Virus record (IMG/VR): IMGVR_UViG_3300020724_000005
DNA from: a virus
Strand: one strand, 5' to 3'
Length of the DNA stretch: 64,000 nucleotides
Under the pieces are notes generated by a model, which made no database searches, had not been told where the DNA came from, and saw nothing but the letters and a program-made list of their open reading frames with translations. A program made the translations under genes and the position numbers. Shown here in pieces: positions 1-8,014 of the stretch (positions are counted from its first letter, which is position 1; each line of letters begins with the position of its first letter).

Positions 1-2149
1 CTAATCCATCAATCCCAACAGATTTTAGTCGTCTATTTATTTGTATAGCTGCTCTATTTACTATTGAGGCAGCTAATGACTGTATACAATAATTGCGAGA
101 GTTATTGATGCCATTGACGTAGTCCCTGTATATCTTGGTGACTTTCTCCTTACCATATTGTTTAGATAGCATGTTTCTGATTTGCCAATCTGTGATGCCG
201 TCTCCGAGAGAATCGTATATCTTCTTGACTTTGTCCAAGTGTCTGATGCGACCTACTTGGGTCTTGACGTATCCTAAGGTCTGGGCTTGAAGTTTTGAGT
301 CTGCCATCCACTGCTTCAATGCTGGAAAGCCGTTGAGGTATCCATCGACCAAGACTTGTGCCTTCTTCTGTGGTATGTCAAGGTTCATTCCTAGCGCGTA
401 AGCTCCCATGCCGTAAGGGATGCCTAGCGCGTATGCTTTGGCTTTGTTCCTGAGCTGCGGTGCATGCTTTCTGAGGAAGTTCTCTGCCTTTTTATCTGGG
501 GAATATTGGCTGAGATGCTCTGTCTTTATCGCGATCGTAGAATAAAAATCCCAGTTATTTCTGAAGATATCCTTGAGTCCTTCGTCGCCTGAGACATGGG
601 CGAACACGTGAGGCTCCAAAGACTCATAATCGCAATCCACAAAGTCATTGCCCGTGTCGGATATAAAGAACGCTCTCACCAGGTTCGTGTACTCTACTAC
701 TATCGGATCGTCTTCTCCTTCCTCTTTCGGCCTTGGAAGCTGTTGCGCGTCTGAACCATATCTGCCTGATACAGTCCCGTGCTGTTTATAATAAAAGAAA
801 TATCTGCCGTCCTCTTGTGCATCCAAAAAGCGATCCATGTATGTAGACTTGATCTTTAGCAGCTTGCCATATATCCTGAGCTTAGACGCCCAAGAGTGTT
901 TGTCAGCGATGCTCTGGATCAGATCATCATCGAATTGGGGTTTGCCCTTCTTGGTCTGAGACAGGGGTTTTATCCCAAGCGCATTGAATGCTATGTCACC
1001 CATCTGGTCTTTGGACTGTATGTTGAAGAACGTGCCATCGTTGTCTTTCTTCCACAACTTCATGCTTATCTTCTGCAGGTCTATATCGTCTAAAAGAAAG
1101 TCGTGTCCTTCTGACAGAAATCTTTTAACTTGTGAATCTGGCAGTTTGGAGACAGTGGATTTAGTGATGCTGTATTTCCCTGAAGCCTCTGACTTTGGCA
1201 GGTCTAGTTTAAAGTGCTCTACAGCGGCCTGAGCAAATGATCCCTTGTTGCTCGGAGGATATGCCTCTATCGCCTTGCATACTATCCAGTCTTTGATTTC
1301 CTGTCTGCCCACGAGGTCCTCTACCACAAGATCGTAGTACCGTTTCATGTCAAGATCTATCCTCTCTCTCGATGACTTGATGGTATCGATGTCCAGCTTC
1401 ACGCCTTTGTCTTCCATTGGTATGGTGACTTCTCTGTAAAGGGGCATGACCTCGTCCACAAAGAAGAAGCCCTCTAGCCCCTCGTCCTTTATCTTCTGCA
1501 GGTAGTATTTGTATATCCTTAGAGCAAGATCGGTGTCTGCACATGCGTATTTAGAGAGGATGTCTATGTCCGCCTTCCATATCTCGTAGTTCTCCTTCGA
1601 TGTAGATCCGCCGTTTGCGTGTATCGACTCCTTGAGCTCTATCTGCTCCTTGTTCGCCTCAGTCTCGATATCAATACCGATCTCTGTCTGTATGCTCTTG
1701 GCGATCTCCTTCAACGCAAAGGTACCTGCTCCGTACTCAGCGTTTGCACCTTCCTCTTGGACTGTGTGTACCATGAGTATCGTGTCTGCATGTATCGAGT
1801 CTATGAGATCTACGCCGTAGAAGTTCTTGACAAATCTGGTGTCGAAAGAGAGGTTGTGTCCGATGAGCTTTTTTCCTACAAGCAGTGCAATGGCACGTTT
1901 GGCTATGTCATGGCATAAAATACCATCAATAGACGCATTCTGGAGCTCATCGTTGACAAATAACATCGTCGGCATATAGAAACCTAGACCAACTTCTCCT
2001 GAGACAGAGAAGCCTATTATCTTGCCTTTTCTGGGGTTTAGCGAGTTTGTCTCTGTGTCAAAGGATATGAGATCATGGCTCTGTATGTGAGCTATCATTT
2101 CCTTGACTTTCTGAGAAGTATCTACTTTCAAATATGTCCTTTGTGTCAT
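1..2149 (-). CDS. Family A (Pol I-like) DNA polymerase with 3'-5' exonuclease domain; 3' end runs off the left edge of the window
   Basis: My own translation from ATG 2149 (alternative ATG 2098) stays open to position 1. It is absent from the ORF track because no stop lies in the window. Exo motifs: ISFDTETNSL, GHNLSFD, YACADTD. Pol motifs: TVSGRYGSDAQQLPR, motif A DCDYESLEPHV, motif B RNKAKAYALGIPYGMG. Confidence 0.9.
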   Translation of the reverse strand, partial: MTQRTYLKVDTSQKVKEMIAHIQSHDLISFDTETNSLNPRKGKIIGFSVSGEVGLGFYMPTMLFVNDELQNASIDGILCHDIAKRAIALLVGKKLIGHNLSFDTRFVKNFYGVDLIDSIHADTILMVHTVQEEGANAEYGAGTFALKEIAKSIQTEIGIDIETEANKEQIELKESIHANGGSTSKENYEIWKADIDILSKYACADTDLALRIYKYYLQKIKDEGLEGFFFVDEVMPLYREVTIPMEDKGVKLDIDTIKSSRERIDLDMKRYYDLVVEDLVGRQEIKDWIVCKAIEAYPPSNKGSFAQAAVEHFKLDLPKSEASGKYSITKSTVSKLPDSQVKRFLSEGHDFLLDDIDLQKISMKLWKKDNDGTFFNIQSKDQMGDIAFNALGIKPLSQTKKGKPQFDDDLIQSIADKHSWASKLRIYGKLLKIKSTYMDRFLDAQEDGRYFFYYKQHGTVSGRYGSDAQQLPRPKEEGEDDPIVVEYTNLVRAFFISDTGNDFVDCDYESLEPHVFAHVSGDEGLKDIFRNNWDFYSTIAIKTEHLSQYSPDKKAENFLRKHAPQLRNKAKAYALGIPYGMGAYALGMNLDIPQKKAQVLVDGYLNGFPALKQWMADSKLQAQTLGYVKTQVGRIRHLDKVKKIYDSLGDGITDWQIRNMLSKQYGKEKVTKIYRDYVNGINNSRNYCIQSLAASIVNRAAIQINRRLKSVGIDGL

Positions 2150-2330
2150 AAACTTTATTCTTCTTGTATGGGAATAGCTCATTGAGTCTGCTCTGACGCC
2201 TTTCGCATCCGCAGTCTTCTTTTCCTAAGACTTTGGTAGCAAACCACATAGACAAACGATCCAGTCCAAAGAAATGGGTGAATCGTGCTATCGTGTCTCC
2301 AAGACCTCTACTCCTTATCTTGTTTGCCAT
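2073..2330 (-). CDS. hypothetical small protein
   Basis: 85-aa track ORF containing GLGDTIARFTHFFG and CGCERRQ. Its 3' end overlaps the polymerase start. Confidence 0.45.
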   Translation of the reverse strand: MANKIRSRGLGDTIARFTHFFGLDRLSMWFATKVLGKEDCGCERRQSRLNELFPYKKNKVYDTKDIFESRYFSESQGNDSSHTEP

Positions 2331-2514
2331 CTATCTTCTTTTCTATTTGGGTTATTGCCCCGGCGACGTTGAGTATCACGTTTTGAACTTGGAGCCAAAG
2401 AGCGTTGTGGTCCTGTCTGAGCTTATATATTAATCGGAACTGGTATACTTGTAATACCATGAGTACAAATATCACAATGAGGTAAAACGTCTGTGTAGTA
2501 ACTGTGAATGTCAT
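2308..2514 (-). CDS. hypothetical small membrane protein
   Basis: 68-aa track ORF with the hydrophobic segment FYLIVIFVLMVLQVY. Confidence 0.4.
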   Translation of the reverse strand: MTFTVTTQTFYLIVIFVLMVLQVYQFRLIYKLRQDHNALWLQVQNVILNVAGAITQIEKKIDGKQDKE

Positions 2515-2565
2515 AAGTCAAATGTATGACATCTTTTAGAACTTTTGCAGTGTAAGTTCTAAGTG

Positions 2566-3381
2566 CTAAAGCTCTGTGCTCAGCCTTCTGAGGAACCTCC
2601 TGTATAGCCCCTCGTCAGTTGACCATGCTTTGATCTTGACCAGCTCAGAGTAAAAACTGTCTCTTGCAGACTCAAGCCTGTCTTTTATCCAAGGTCCTCT
2701 TAGAAAGAGGAAAGGAACTGCCGTGTTCTTGTACTCGTTGTATACCTCATCGTAGCTCTTGGTCTTTATGTCAGAGAGTGCCCTAAACAGCTGGCTTTTG
2801 ACCGCAGCCATAAGCTTCTTGTCCTTGTCTTTCTTTGCAAGCCCAGAGGCTATTGTGTTTATCAGCGTAGAGGTGTGTGCATCGAACTCAGCTGGTGAAT
2901 TTAGATGTGATATGAGGTCCTTTTCGTACTGCTCTATGTCTTCTGGGCTTGCATTCTTGCCTGGCGCTTTCGGTGCTCCAACTCCCAGCTTTGCATCTAG
3001 ATCTGGATCGAACGCTTTAGGATCTATTGCATGTATGAGCTCATGCTCTATGTTCACCGTAAAATCATGCTCGTCTGTAAGCTTTGCAAGGTTTGCCATG
3101 ACAGCCATGTTCTGCTGGTCCATCCTAGCGTATGCTCCATCCTTTGGATCGTTATACAGACCTAAGCTGATCGATGTCAGGTTGCCTCTGCGGTCTTTCA
3201 TGTTGAACATGTTCTTGAAGCTCATAGGAACATATGGATCTTGCTTGTAGCTTTTAGGCGACTTCTTCTTGAGAGAGTCTAGGTTGTTCTCTATGTAGGA
3301 GAACGCAGAACTAGCCTTTGACAGCTGGTCCTGCGGTATCTTTACTATCTTCTCTGTAAGCAGATCTATGAGCTTTATCAT
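2566..3381 (-). CDS. putative zinc metallopeptidase (HExxH) carrying the MIKLIDLL leader
   Basis: 271 aa. The N-terminus is MIKLIDLLTE and there is an HELIH motif (NIEHELIHAIDPK). Confidence 0.55.
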   Translation of the reverse strand: MIKLIDLLTEKIVKIPQDQLSKASSAFSYIENNLDSLKKKSPKSYKQDPYVPMSFKNMFNMKDRRGNLTSISLGLYNDPKDGAYARMDQQNMAVMANLAKLTDEHDFTVNIEHELIHAIDPKAFDPDLDAKLGVGAPKAPGKNASPEDIEQYEKDLISHLNSPAEFDAHTSTLINTIASGLAKKDKDKKLMAAVKSQLFRALSDIKTKSYDEVYNEYKNTAVPFLFLRGPWIKDRLESARDSFYSELVKIKAWSTDEGLYRRFLRRLSTEL

Positions 3382-3386
3382 ATGTT

Positions 3387-3394
3387 ATAAATAT
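3387..3394 (-). promoter_or_regulatory. GATATTTAT(A/T)A-type intergenic motif copy
   Basis: Plus strand reads ATAAATAT followed by C. It lies 5 nt upstream of ATG 3381 and abuts the stop of 3397..4143. Confidence 0.4.
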
Positions 3395-3396
3395 CA

Positions 3397-4143
3397 TTAA
3401 ACCTTGCTTATTATTATTTTAAAACCTTCATAATTTGACTTTTCTATTTTAGAAGATGTCAATATTATCTCTCTTATTCCAGATCTGATTTTATTCATAT
3501 CTCCAAAATTAATCTTTAACTCTTTCTTTGCTGTTGTTATTTTATCAAATTTCTTTATTAGATCTCCATCTTGATTATATAAATATGCAAATCCTAACCA
3601 TTTATAATTCTTATCTCCTTTTTTACATTCACTCCATTTTTTCCTATATTCTGGATTACTAAGTATATCTTTCATTTTATCTGAGAATTTTTTTAGATTC
3701 TCTTCATTTTTCCAATATGCATCCACTCCATTTTTTACGCTAGTTCTATACTCATCGTCTTTCCATAAATTTTTAGAAATATCAACAAATTTATGTCGTA
3801 AAATATCTTTATTAGTATTTGATGCATTTCGTAATTTTTCTCTATGCTCTTCTTTATTTGGATGATTTGTAAAATTATCTCCACCATCCCCTCCTGTAGA
3901 AATATTATAACCAATTTCTGGATTTGTAGAATTATAATAGCTGATCCAATATTGCTCTTTTATATTTAATTCCTCAATAGAAGAGCTATGATCTAATACG
4001 CCCTTTTTGAACTTATCTCGACCATAGCTCTTTATAGCATCTTTTATTTTTACTCCAGATCCAAGATAGCTTGGATCATTTTTTGTGTCTTTACCTATAT
4101 AAATTTTTCCTGATTCTAAATTTGTAGTCTTATAAATTATCAT
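3397..4143 (-). CDS. GIY-YIG homing endonuclease (free-standing)
   Basis: N-terminus MIIYKTTNLESGKIYIGKDT...YLGSG; conserved EQYW and GYNISTGG. The insert is very AT-rich compared with its neighbours. Confidence 0.85.
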   Translation of the reverse strand: MIIYKTTNLESGKIYIGKDTKNDPSYLGSGVKIKDAIKSYGRDKFKKGVLDHSSSIEELNIKEQYWISYYNSTNPEIGYNISTGGDGGDNFTNHPNKEEHREKLRNASNTNKDILRHKFVDISKNLWKDDEYRTSVKNGVDAYWKNEENLKKFSDKMKDILSNPEYRKKWSECKKGDKNYKWLGFAYLYNQDGDLIKKFDKITTAKKELKINFGDMNKIRSGIREIILTSSKIEKSNYEGFKIIISKV

Positions 4144-4172
4144 AAGGTCTTTATAATAAATATGCGGACCTT
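4144..4172 (-). promoter_or_regulatory. hairpin abutting the HEG start codon, with the motif in its loop
   Basis: AAGGTC (4144..4149) pairs with GACCTT (4167..4172). The 17-nt loop contains ATAAATAT (4156..4163). In the transcript sense the 3' arm touches ATG 4143. Confidence 0.45.
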
Positions 4173-4188
4173 GTGTAATTCAGTTAAT

Positions 4189-4872
4189 TTATATATTAAT
4201 TTCACAACTATTTCCAGCACACGCAACTTGGTCCTTAAGGTCTGTGTTGTCTTCTGCCTCTACCACCAAGCTCAGATCTATGTTAGAAAGCGACTCCATC
4301 ATTTTTTCGTAAGTCTCTTTATCGCAGTCTTGGAAAGGTGCCTGAACGTAGGTGTGGTCTGAGAATGGCAGCACTGAAAGCCCGTTGTAGCAAGTCCTGT
4401 TCTCCCACATCCACTCTCCTACAGTGTCCCACTCTCCGTCCTTTATAGAGATCGTGGCCGAGATGTTGTGTGTGTTCTGTCCTGTCTTGTGTCCTGGTTT
4501 GATCCAGTTGTTGTAGAAGTATTTTACCCTCTCGAGCAGATCTATCGCTGACTCTGTCCTCAGTATCGAACCCTCTGGCGCTTTCTGTGGGACCGAGATG
4601 ACTGCCGTGCTGTGGGGCTTGAAGTACTCGTCCTGTATCAGCTCTGGGTGGTATATGCTCAGGTACGTGTATATGGCCTCGTTCTTGCCAACTCTTATGT
4701 TTCTGATGTAGTACTCGCTGTGCCACGCATGTATGCCAGAAGATGTGCCCAGGACTAGAGAGGAGGTATTATGAACCACAGATTTATTTTTTAGTTGATA
4801 TGAATGAGTATTATCTACTTCTATGTCAACAGTAAATTTATTTCCAGACTTTGTTATTTTTTTAATTTTCAT
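4189..4872 (-). CDS. nrdJ: ribonucleotide reductase class II, C-terminal fragment preceded by a split-intein C-fragment (35 aa)
   Basis: MKIKKITKSGNKFTVDIEVDNTHSYQLKNKSVVHN then T(+1)SSLVLGTSSGIHAWHSEYYIRNIRV. Intein blocks F and G end in HN. The extein continues the RNR motif KPSG|TSS. Confidence 0.85.
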   Translation of the reverse strand: MKIKKITKSGNKFTVDIEVDNTHSYQLKNKSVVHNTSSLVLGTSSGIHAWHSEYYIRNIRVGKNEAIYTYLSIYHPELIQDEYFKPHSTAVISVPQKAPEGSILRTESAIDLLERVKYFYNNWIKPGHKTGQNTHNISATISIKDGEWDTVGEWMWENRTCYNGLSVLPFSDHTYVQAPFQDCDKETYEKMMESLSNIDLSLVVEAEDNTDLKDQVACAGNSCEINI

Positions 4873-6007
4873 AATATTTAATTAATTCTATTATATTTTC
4901 TAATACTAATTGCTTATTTTTTAAATAATTTGATTCTTTAACTCTAATTAAATTTAATCCCATATTAGCATATATCTTATCCTTTAATCTATCTCTCTCT
5001 ATATTATTAGGTAAAGAATGCCAATAATCTCCATCAAATTCAATTACAGTATTTCCTATTTTAATGTCTGGTACTATACACTTTATTTGATAATCATTCT
5101 GGTTTAGATTTATAAAATAGGGTTTTGTTATTGGGTAACCAAAAAATACCTCTTTTTGTTTATTGTTTAATAAATCATATAGTGATAAATTAAAATCTTT
5201 TTCTATATTTGAACTAAAATCTGGAAAATAACTAATTTTCTTTTTTATCATATCAGAATATAAATTCCGACCCTCTACTTCTCCAAATTTATCTATATAA
5301 TATTCTAATCTTCCAGATTTTCCTTTACTATAACATAATTCTTTATATCTATTTAAGCCTTCAATTTTTCCAAATTTAGAGATATAATAGTCTTTAGTCT
5401 GTGAATATGCTATTTTTTTATTAGCCTCATCATATTTTTCCTTTCCTATATTATCACCATACTTTTTTATATAATAATCTAACCCTCTTGATTGATTCTT
5501 ATTAACAAACTGTTTAGCTTCTAATTCACTTACTCCATAATATTTCATTACAGATTTATAATCTCTACAAGAATACCCACTGTCTATTTTCTTTTTATAT
5601 CTTAATCTACCCTCTTTTTCTCCATATTTTTTTATCATGCTTTCCAAGTCAGTCTTTGAATTAATAGAGTGTTTTGCTTTAATGTCTTTTATTTCATCAT
5701 CACTATATCCATTTAATTTTAAAGCATTTATACTAACTGAAAGTTTACTATTTTTTTCTAAATATTCCTCTCTACCTAACTCCTCCCCGTATCTTTTAAT
5801 GAATCCATTTAGGGTATTTTTAAACTTATCATTTTCTATTTTTTGTTTATATTTAAATAAGCCTAACTCTTTTCCGTATTTAAACTGTAATACTTTTAAA
5901 GAAGACCCTCGCATTAAATTTGCACATCTCTTGTTGCCCCCCTCTTCTCCAAGTAGATGAATCAGTAGTCGTCTCAGTCTATTAATCTTTTTTATATCTT
6001 TTTTCAC
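4862..6007 (-). CDS. homing endonuclease with a Vsr/DUF559-like nuclease domain (GTG start)
   Basis: The C-terminus reads IEFDGDYWHSLPNNIERDRLKDKIYANMGLNLIRV. About seven KYG-x-x-x-G-x-x-x-Y repeats lie upstream. It is very AT-rich and sits between the two nrdJ halves. Confidence 0.7.
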   Translation of the reverse strand: MKKDIKKINRLRRLLIHLLGEEGGNKRCANLMRGSSLKVLQFKYGKELGLFKYKQKIENDKFKNTLNGFIKRYGEELGREEYLEKNSKLSVSINALKLNGYSDDEIKDIKAKHSINSKTDLESMIKKYGEKEGRLRYKKKIDSGYSCRDYKSVMKYYGVSELEAKQFVNKNQSRGLDYYIKKYGDNIGKEKYDEANKKIAYSQTKDYYISKFGKIEGLNRYKELCYSKGKSGRLEYYIDKFGEVEGRNLYSDMIKKKISYFPDFSSNIEKDFNLSLYDLLNNKQKEVFFGYPITKPYFINLNQNDYQIKCIVPDIKIGNTVIEFDGDYWHSLPNNIERDRLKDKIYANMGLNLIRVKESNYLKNKQLVLENIIELIKYYEN

Positions 6008-6008
6008 A

Positions 6009-6058
6009 ATTAAGCCTTTTATTATAAATATCTGATTAATTACAATAATAGGCTTAAT
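6009..6058 (-). promoter_or_regulatory. 9-bp hairpin abutting the HEG start, with the motif in its loop
   Basis: ATTAAGCCT (6009..6017) pairs with AGGCTTAAT (6050..6058). The loop contains ATAAATATC (6024..6032). In the transcript sense the 3' arm ends 1 nt before GTG 6007. Confidence 0.45.
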
Positions 6059-6071
6059 AGTAAAAATTAAT

Positions 6072-7682
6072 CTAATAATTTATAATATCATCATCATCCT
6101 TCAATTCGTCTGCTCTAACCCACCCCCTATTTTTAGTTAAAAACCTATGATTTGCTGTAACTGTAACTACCAAACCATCTTCAAACTCCACATCAAACGT
6201 TTCTTCTACTCCATTAATGTATAATTTATTAATTTGTTGCCATTCATCATTTAAATCTTTGACTTTTATATCCTCTGTTACTTCTAAAAATAGCTTTTCG
6301 TTATTTTTAAAATCAGATAAGTCATATCCATTGATTTTAAAAATATCCTCTAATGAGAGAATACCTTTATTTGTTATTATTTCAGTTTCTGGTATCATGC
6401 ACCCACTCGGTTTTATTGTAGTGCAACGGGCTGCTGCGTTTATCCCTACCGCTTTCGCTACTGCTGCGTTCGTCTCTTTCACTATGAGAGCGGCCTTTTT
6501 AAGATCCAGCTTCTGAGCAACTCCTGACCCTATTCCAGTCATTCCTACTCCTATTAGTGCTTCTTTCTCTGTAGTCTTCTGCCATATTGGTCTGAGATAG
6601 TGAAAGTTAGTGTATCCTGCTTGTAAAGTCCCTATTATCGCTGCTGCATTTACTCTGTCATTAAGATCTTCTTGGTCTACTACGTCTGAAACATTTACCT
6701 CGCAAAGGTTGCAAAATTGATATGGTCTTAGTGCAATTTCCATACAAGGATTACTTCCTAAATCTTTATCATTACTAAGAAATATACCCGGTTCTCCTGA
6801 TCCCGAGTTCTCAATCTTCTTCCAGAGATCCATAAAGAATTCCTTTGTAAGTCTATTCCTTAAAAGTACAGCCGAGTTATTCGCTCTACCCCTTTGCGGA
6901 TTTAATTCCCACCATTGACCAGTCTTACAAGAGATCATATCCTCATCGTCAGCTGAGAATAGTGATACTAATGCCGCTCTCCTTATACCCCCAGCAAGTA
7001 CTGCATCAGCTATGTGGCAGACCATGTCGTGAACCTCTATCGAGCTGAGTTTATCTCCATCCTCTTTCTGGCTGAGTATTCCATCTAACATTAGTAAGCA
7101 CTCTTTCAGTGGTTGAGGACCTGGAGCTTTACCGCCAGAAGTAACTAGCATTGCTCCTTTTGGACGTATGTCAGAGAAGTCAAAGTTAATCGATGATCCA
7201 CCTCTGAAATAGGACTTGATCAGGGCTTTGACTGCGTCTGCCCAACCCTCTATCGAGTCTCCTATCAGGAACCTTGTGTGCTTCTTTGGGTTCGGTTTCC
7301 TTATCTCTGGCAGCTTCTCAACGTGGTGCTTCTGTACAGAGAAACCTACTCCCGTGCCACCAAGCAGCAGGAACATCGTCTCAGAGAAAGCGTGTATGTC
7401 GTCTATAGGAAGGTACGCGCAGTTATACACTCTGTTAGGAGATATCTCTATCGACTTTCCACCGAACTGCAGGCTCCTCATAGAAGGAAGCACCTTTTTA
7501 TCATATACGAATTCATAAGCCCAGTCTATCTCAGCTTGCATATTGGGATATTTCTTGAGATGCATTGCCTTGTTTCTGTCTACCAATTCTTCCCAAGACT
7601 CTCTCTTCTGTAGTTCTGGGAGGTATTTGGAATATTTTAAGTGTACTGTAATATCTGATAATATTTCCTGTGAGATATTCAT
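6072..7682 (-). CDS. nrdJ: ribonucleotide reductase class II, N-terminal fragment fused to a split-intein N-fragment (109 aa)
   Basis: RNR-like body (SLQFGG, NPCMEIAL, TTIKPSG) followed by CMIPETEIITNKG...TANHRFLT...IINY and a stop. Confidence 0.85.
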   Translation of the reverse strand: MNISQEILSDITVHLKYSKYLPELQKRESWEELVDRNKAMHLKKYPNMQAEIDWAYEFVYDKKVLPSMRSLQFGGKSIEISPNRVYNCAYLPIDDIHAFSETMFLLLGGTGVGFSVQKHHVEKLPEIRKPNPKKHTRFLIGDSIEGWADAVKALIKSYFRGGSSINFDFSDIRPKGAMLVTSGGKAPGPQPLKECLLMLDGILSQKEDGDKLSSIEVHDMVCHIADAVLAGGIRRAALVSLFSADDEDMISCKTGQWWELNPQRGRANNSAVLLRNRLTKEFFMDLWKKIENSGSGEPGIFLSNDKDLGSNPCMEIALRPYQFCNLCEVNVSDVVDQEDLNDRVNAAAIIGTLQAGYTNFHYLRPIWQKTTEKEALIGVGMTGIGSGVAQKLDLKKAALIVKETNAAVAKAVGINAAARCTTIKPSGCMIPETEIITNKGILSLEDIFKINGYDLSDFKNNEKLFLEVTEDIKVKDLNDEWQQINKLYINGVEETFDVEFEDGLVVTVTANHRFLTKNRGWVRADELKDDDDIINY

Positions 7683-7761
7683 TTCTGTTAAAGTTTTGAG
7701 AATAGTTTATAACTTGGGCCCTGAGATGGGTCCATCAGTTTGATCTTAGTGGTGTGTGATG

Positions 7762-7962
7762 TTACTTACCTGGGATGGTAGTGTTGCCTGAAGCAGCTGG
7801 AGTTGTACTCTGCATGCTCTTCAGCTTTATTGTGTTTGTTCCCTTTTGGTTAGTAGAGTTGAGAGCTGCGATGCTATCGTTGTACTTGTCAAGAGATTGA
7901 GTGGTTCTGTAACCGTCTCCCTTTATCGCTTTATTGAACAAGTCTATTAGAAAGTTTGCCAT
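7762..7962 (-). CDS. hypothetical small protein
   Basis: 66-aa track ORF with a motif copy 27 nt upstream. Confidence 0.4.
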   Translation of the reverse strand: MANFLIDLFNKAIKGDGYRTTQSLDKYNDSIAALNSTNQKGTNTIKLKSMQSTTPAASGNTTIPGK

Positions 7963-7989
7963 GTGTATTGTTATGTTTTCTTCGTATCA

Positions 7990-7997
7990 ATAAATAT
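7990..7997 (-). promoter_or_regulatory. GATATTTAT(A/T)A-type motif copy
   Basis: ATAAATATC on the plus strand, 27 nt upstream of ATG 7962. Confidence 0.4.
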
Positions 7998-8014
7998 CTG
8001 AGTCGAGAGAGAAA

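Larger units (their letters stand above)
4768..6401 (-). mobile_element. split intein plus embedded free-standing HEG that fractures nrdJ
   Basis: IntN 6075..6401 (109 aa, CMIPETEIIT...TANHRFLT), HEG 4862..6007, IntC 4768..4872. The Cys1 codon at 6399..6401 and the Thr+1 codon at 4765..4767 were checked in the sequence. Confidence 0.85.

Noticed and set aside
2759-3250. Numerous track ORFs of 60-160 aa lie antisense to, or frame-shifted within, long minus-strand genes. Examples are 2759..3250+, 4319..4726-, 13372..13644-, 24435..24872+, 32057..32455+ and 59553..59939+.
   Set aside because: They lie entirely inside much longer ORFs that have clear homology-type motifs. Their composition is low-complexity or odd. 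They have no upstream motif or spacing of their own. I treat them as shadow ORFs.
3385-3395. Equating the intergenic motif with the T4 late promoter TATAAATA.
   Set aside because: Relative to the downstream genes the motif reads ATATTTAT, the reverse complement orientation. It also precedes early-type replication genes, and no gp55/gp33 homologue is visible in this window. I keep it as an unclassified promoter-like element.
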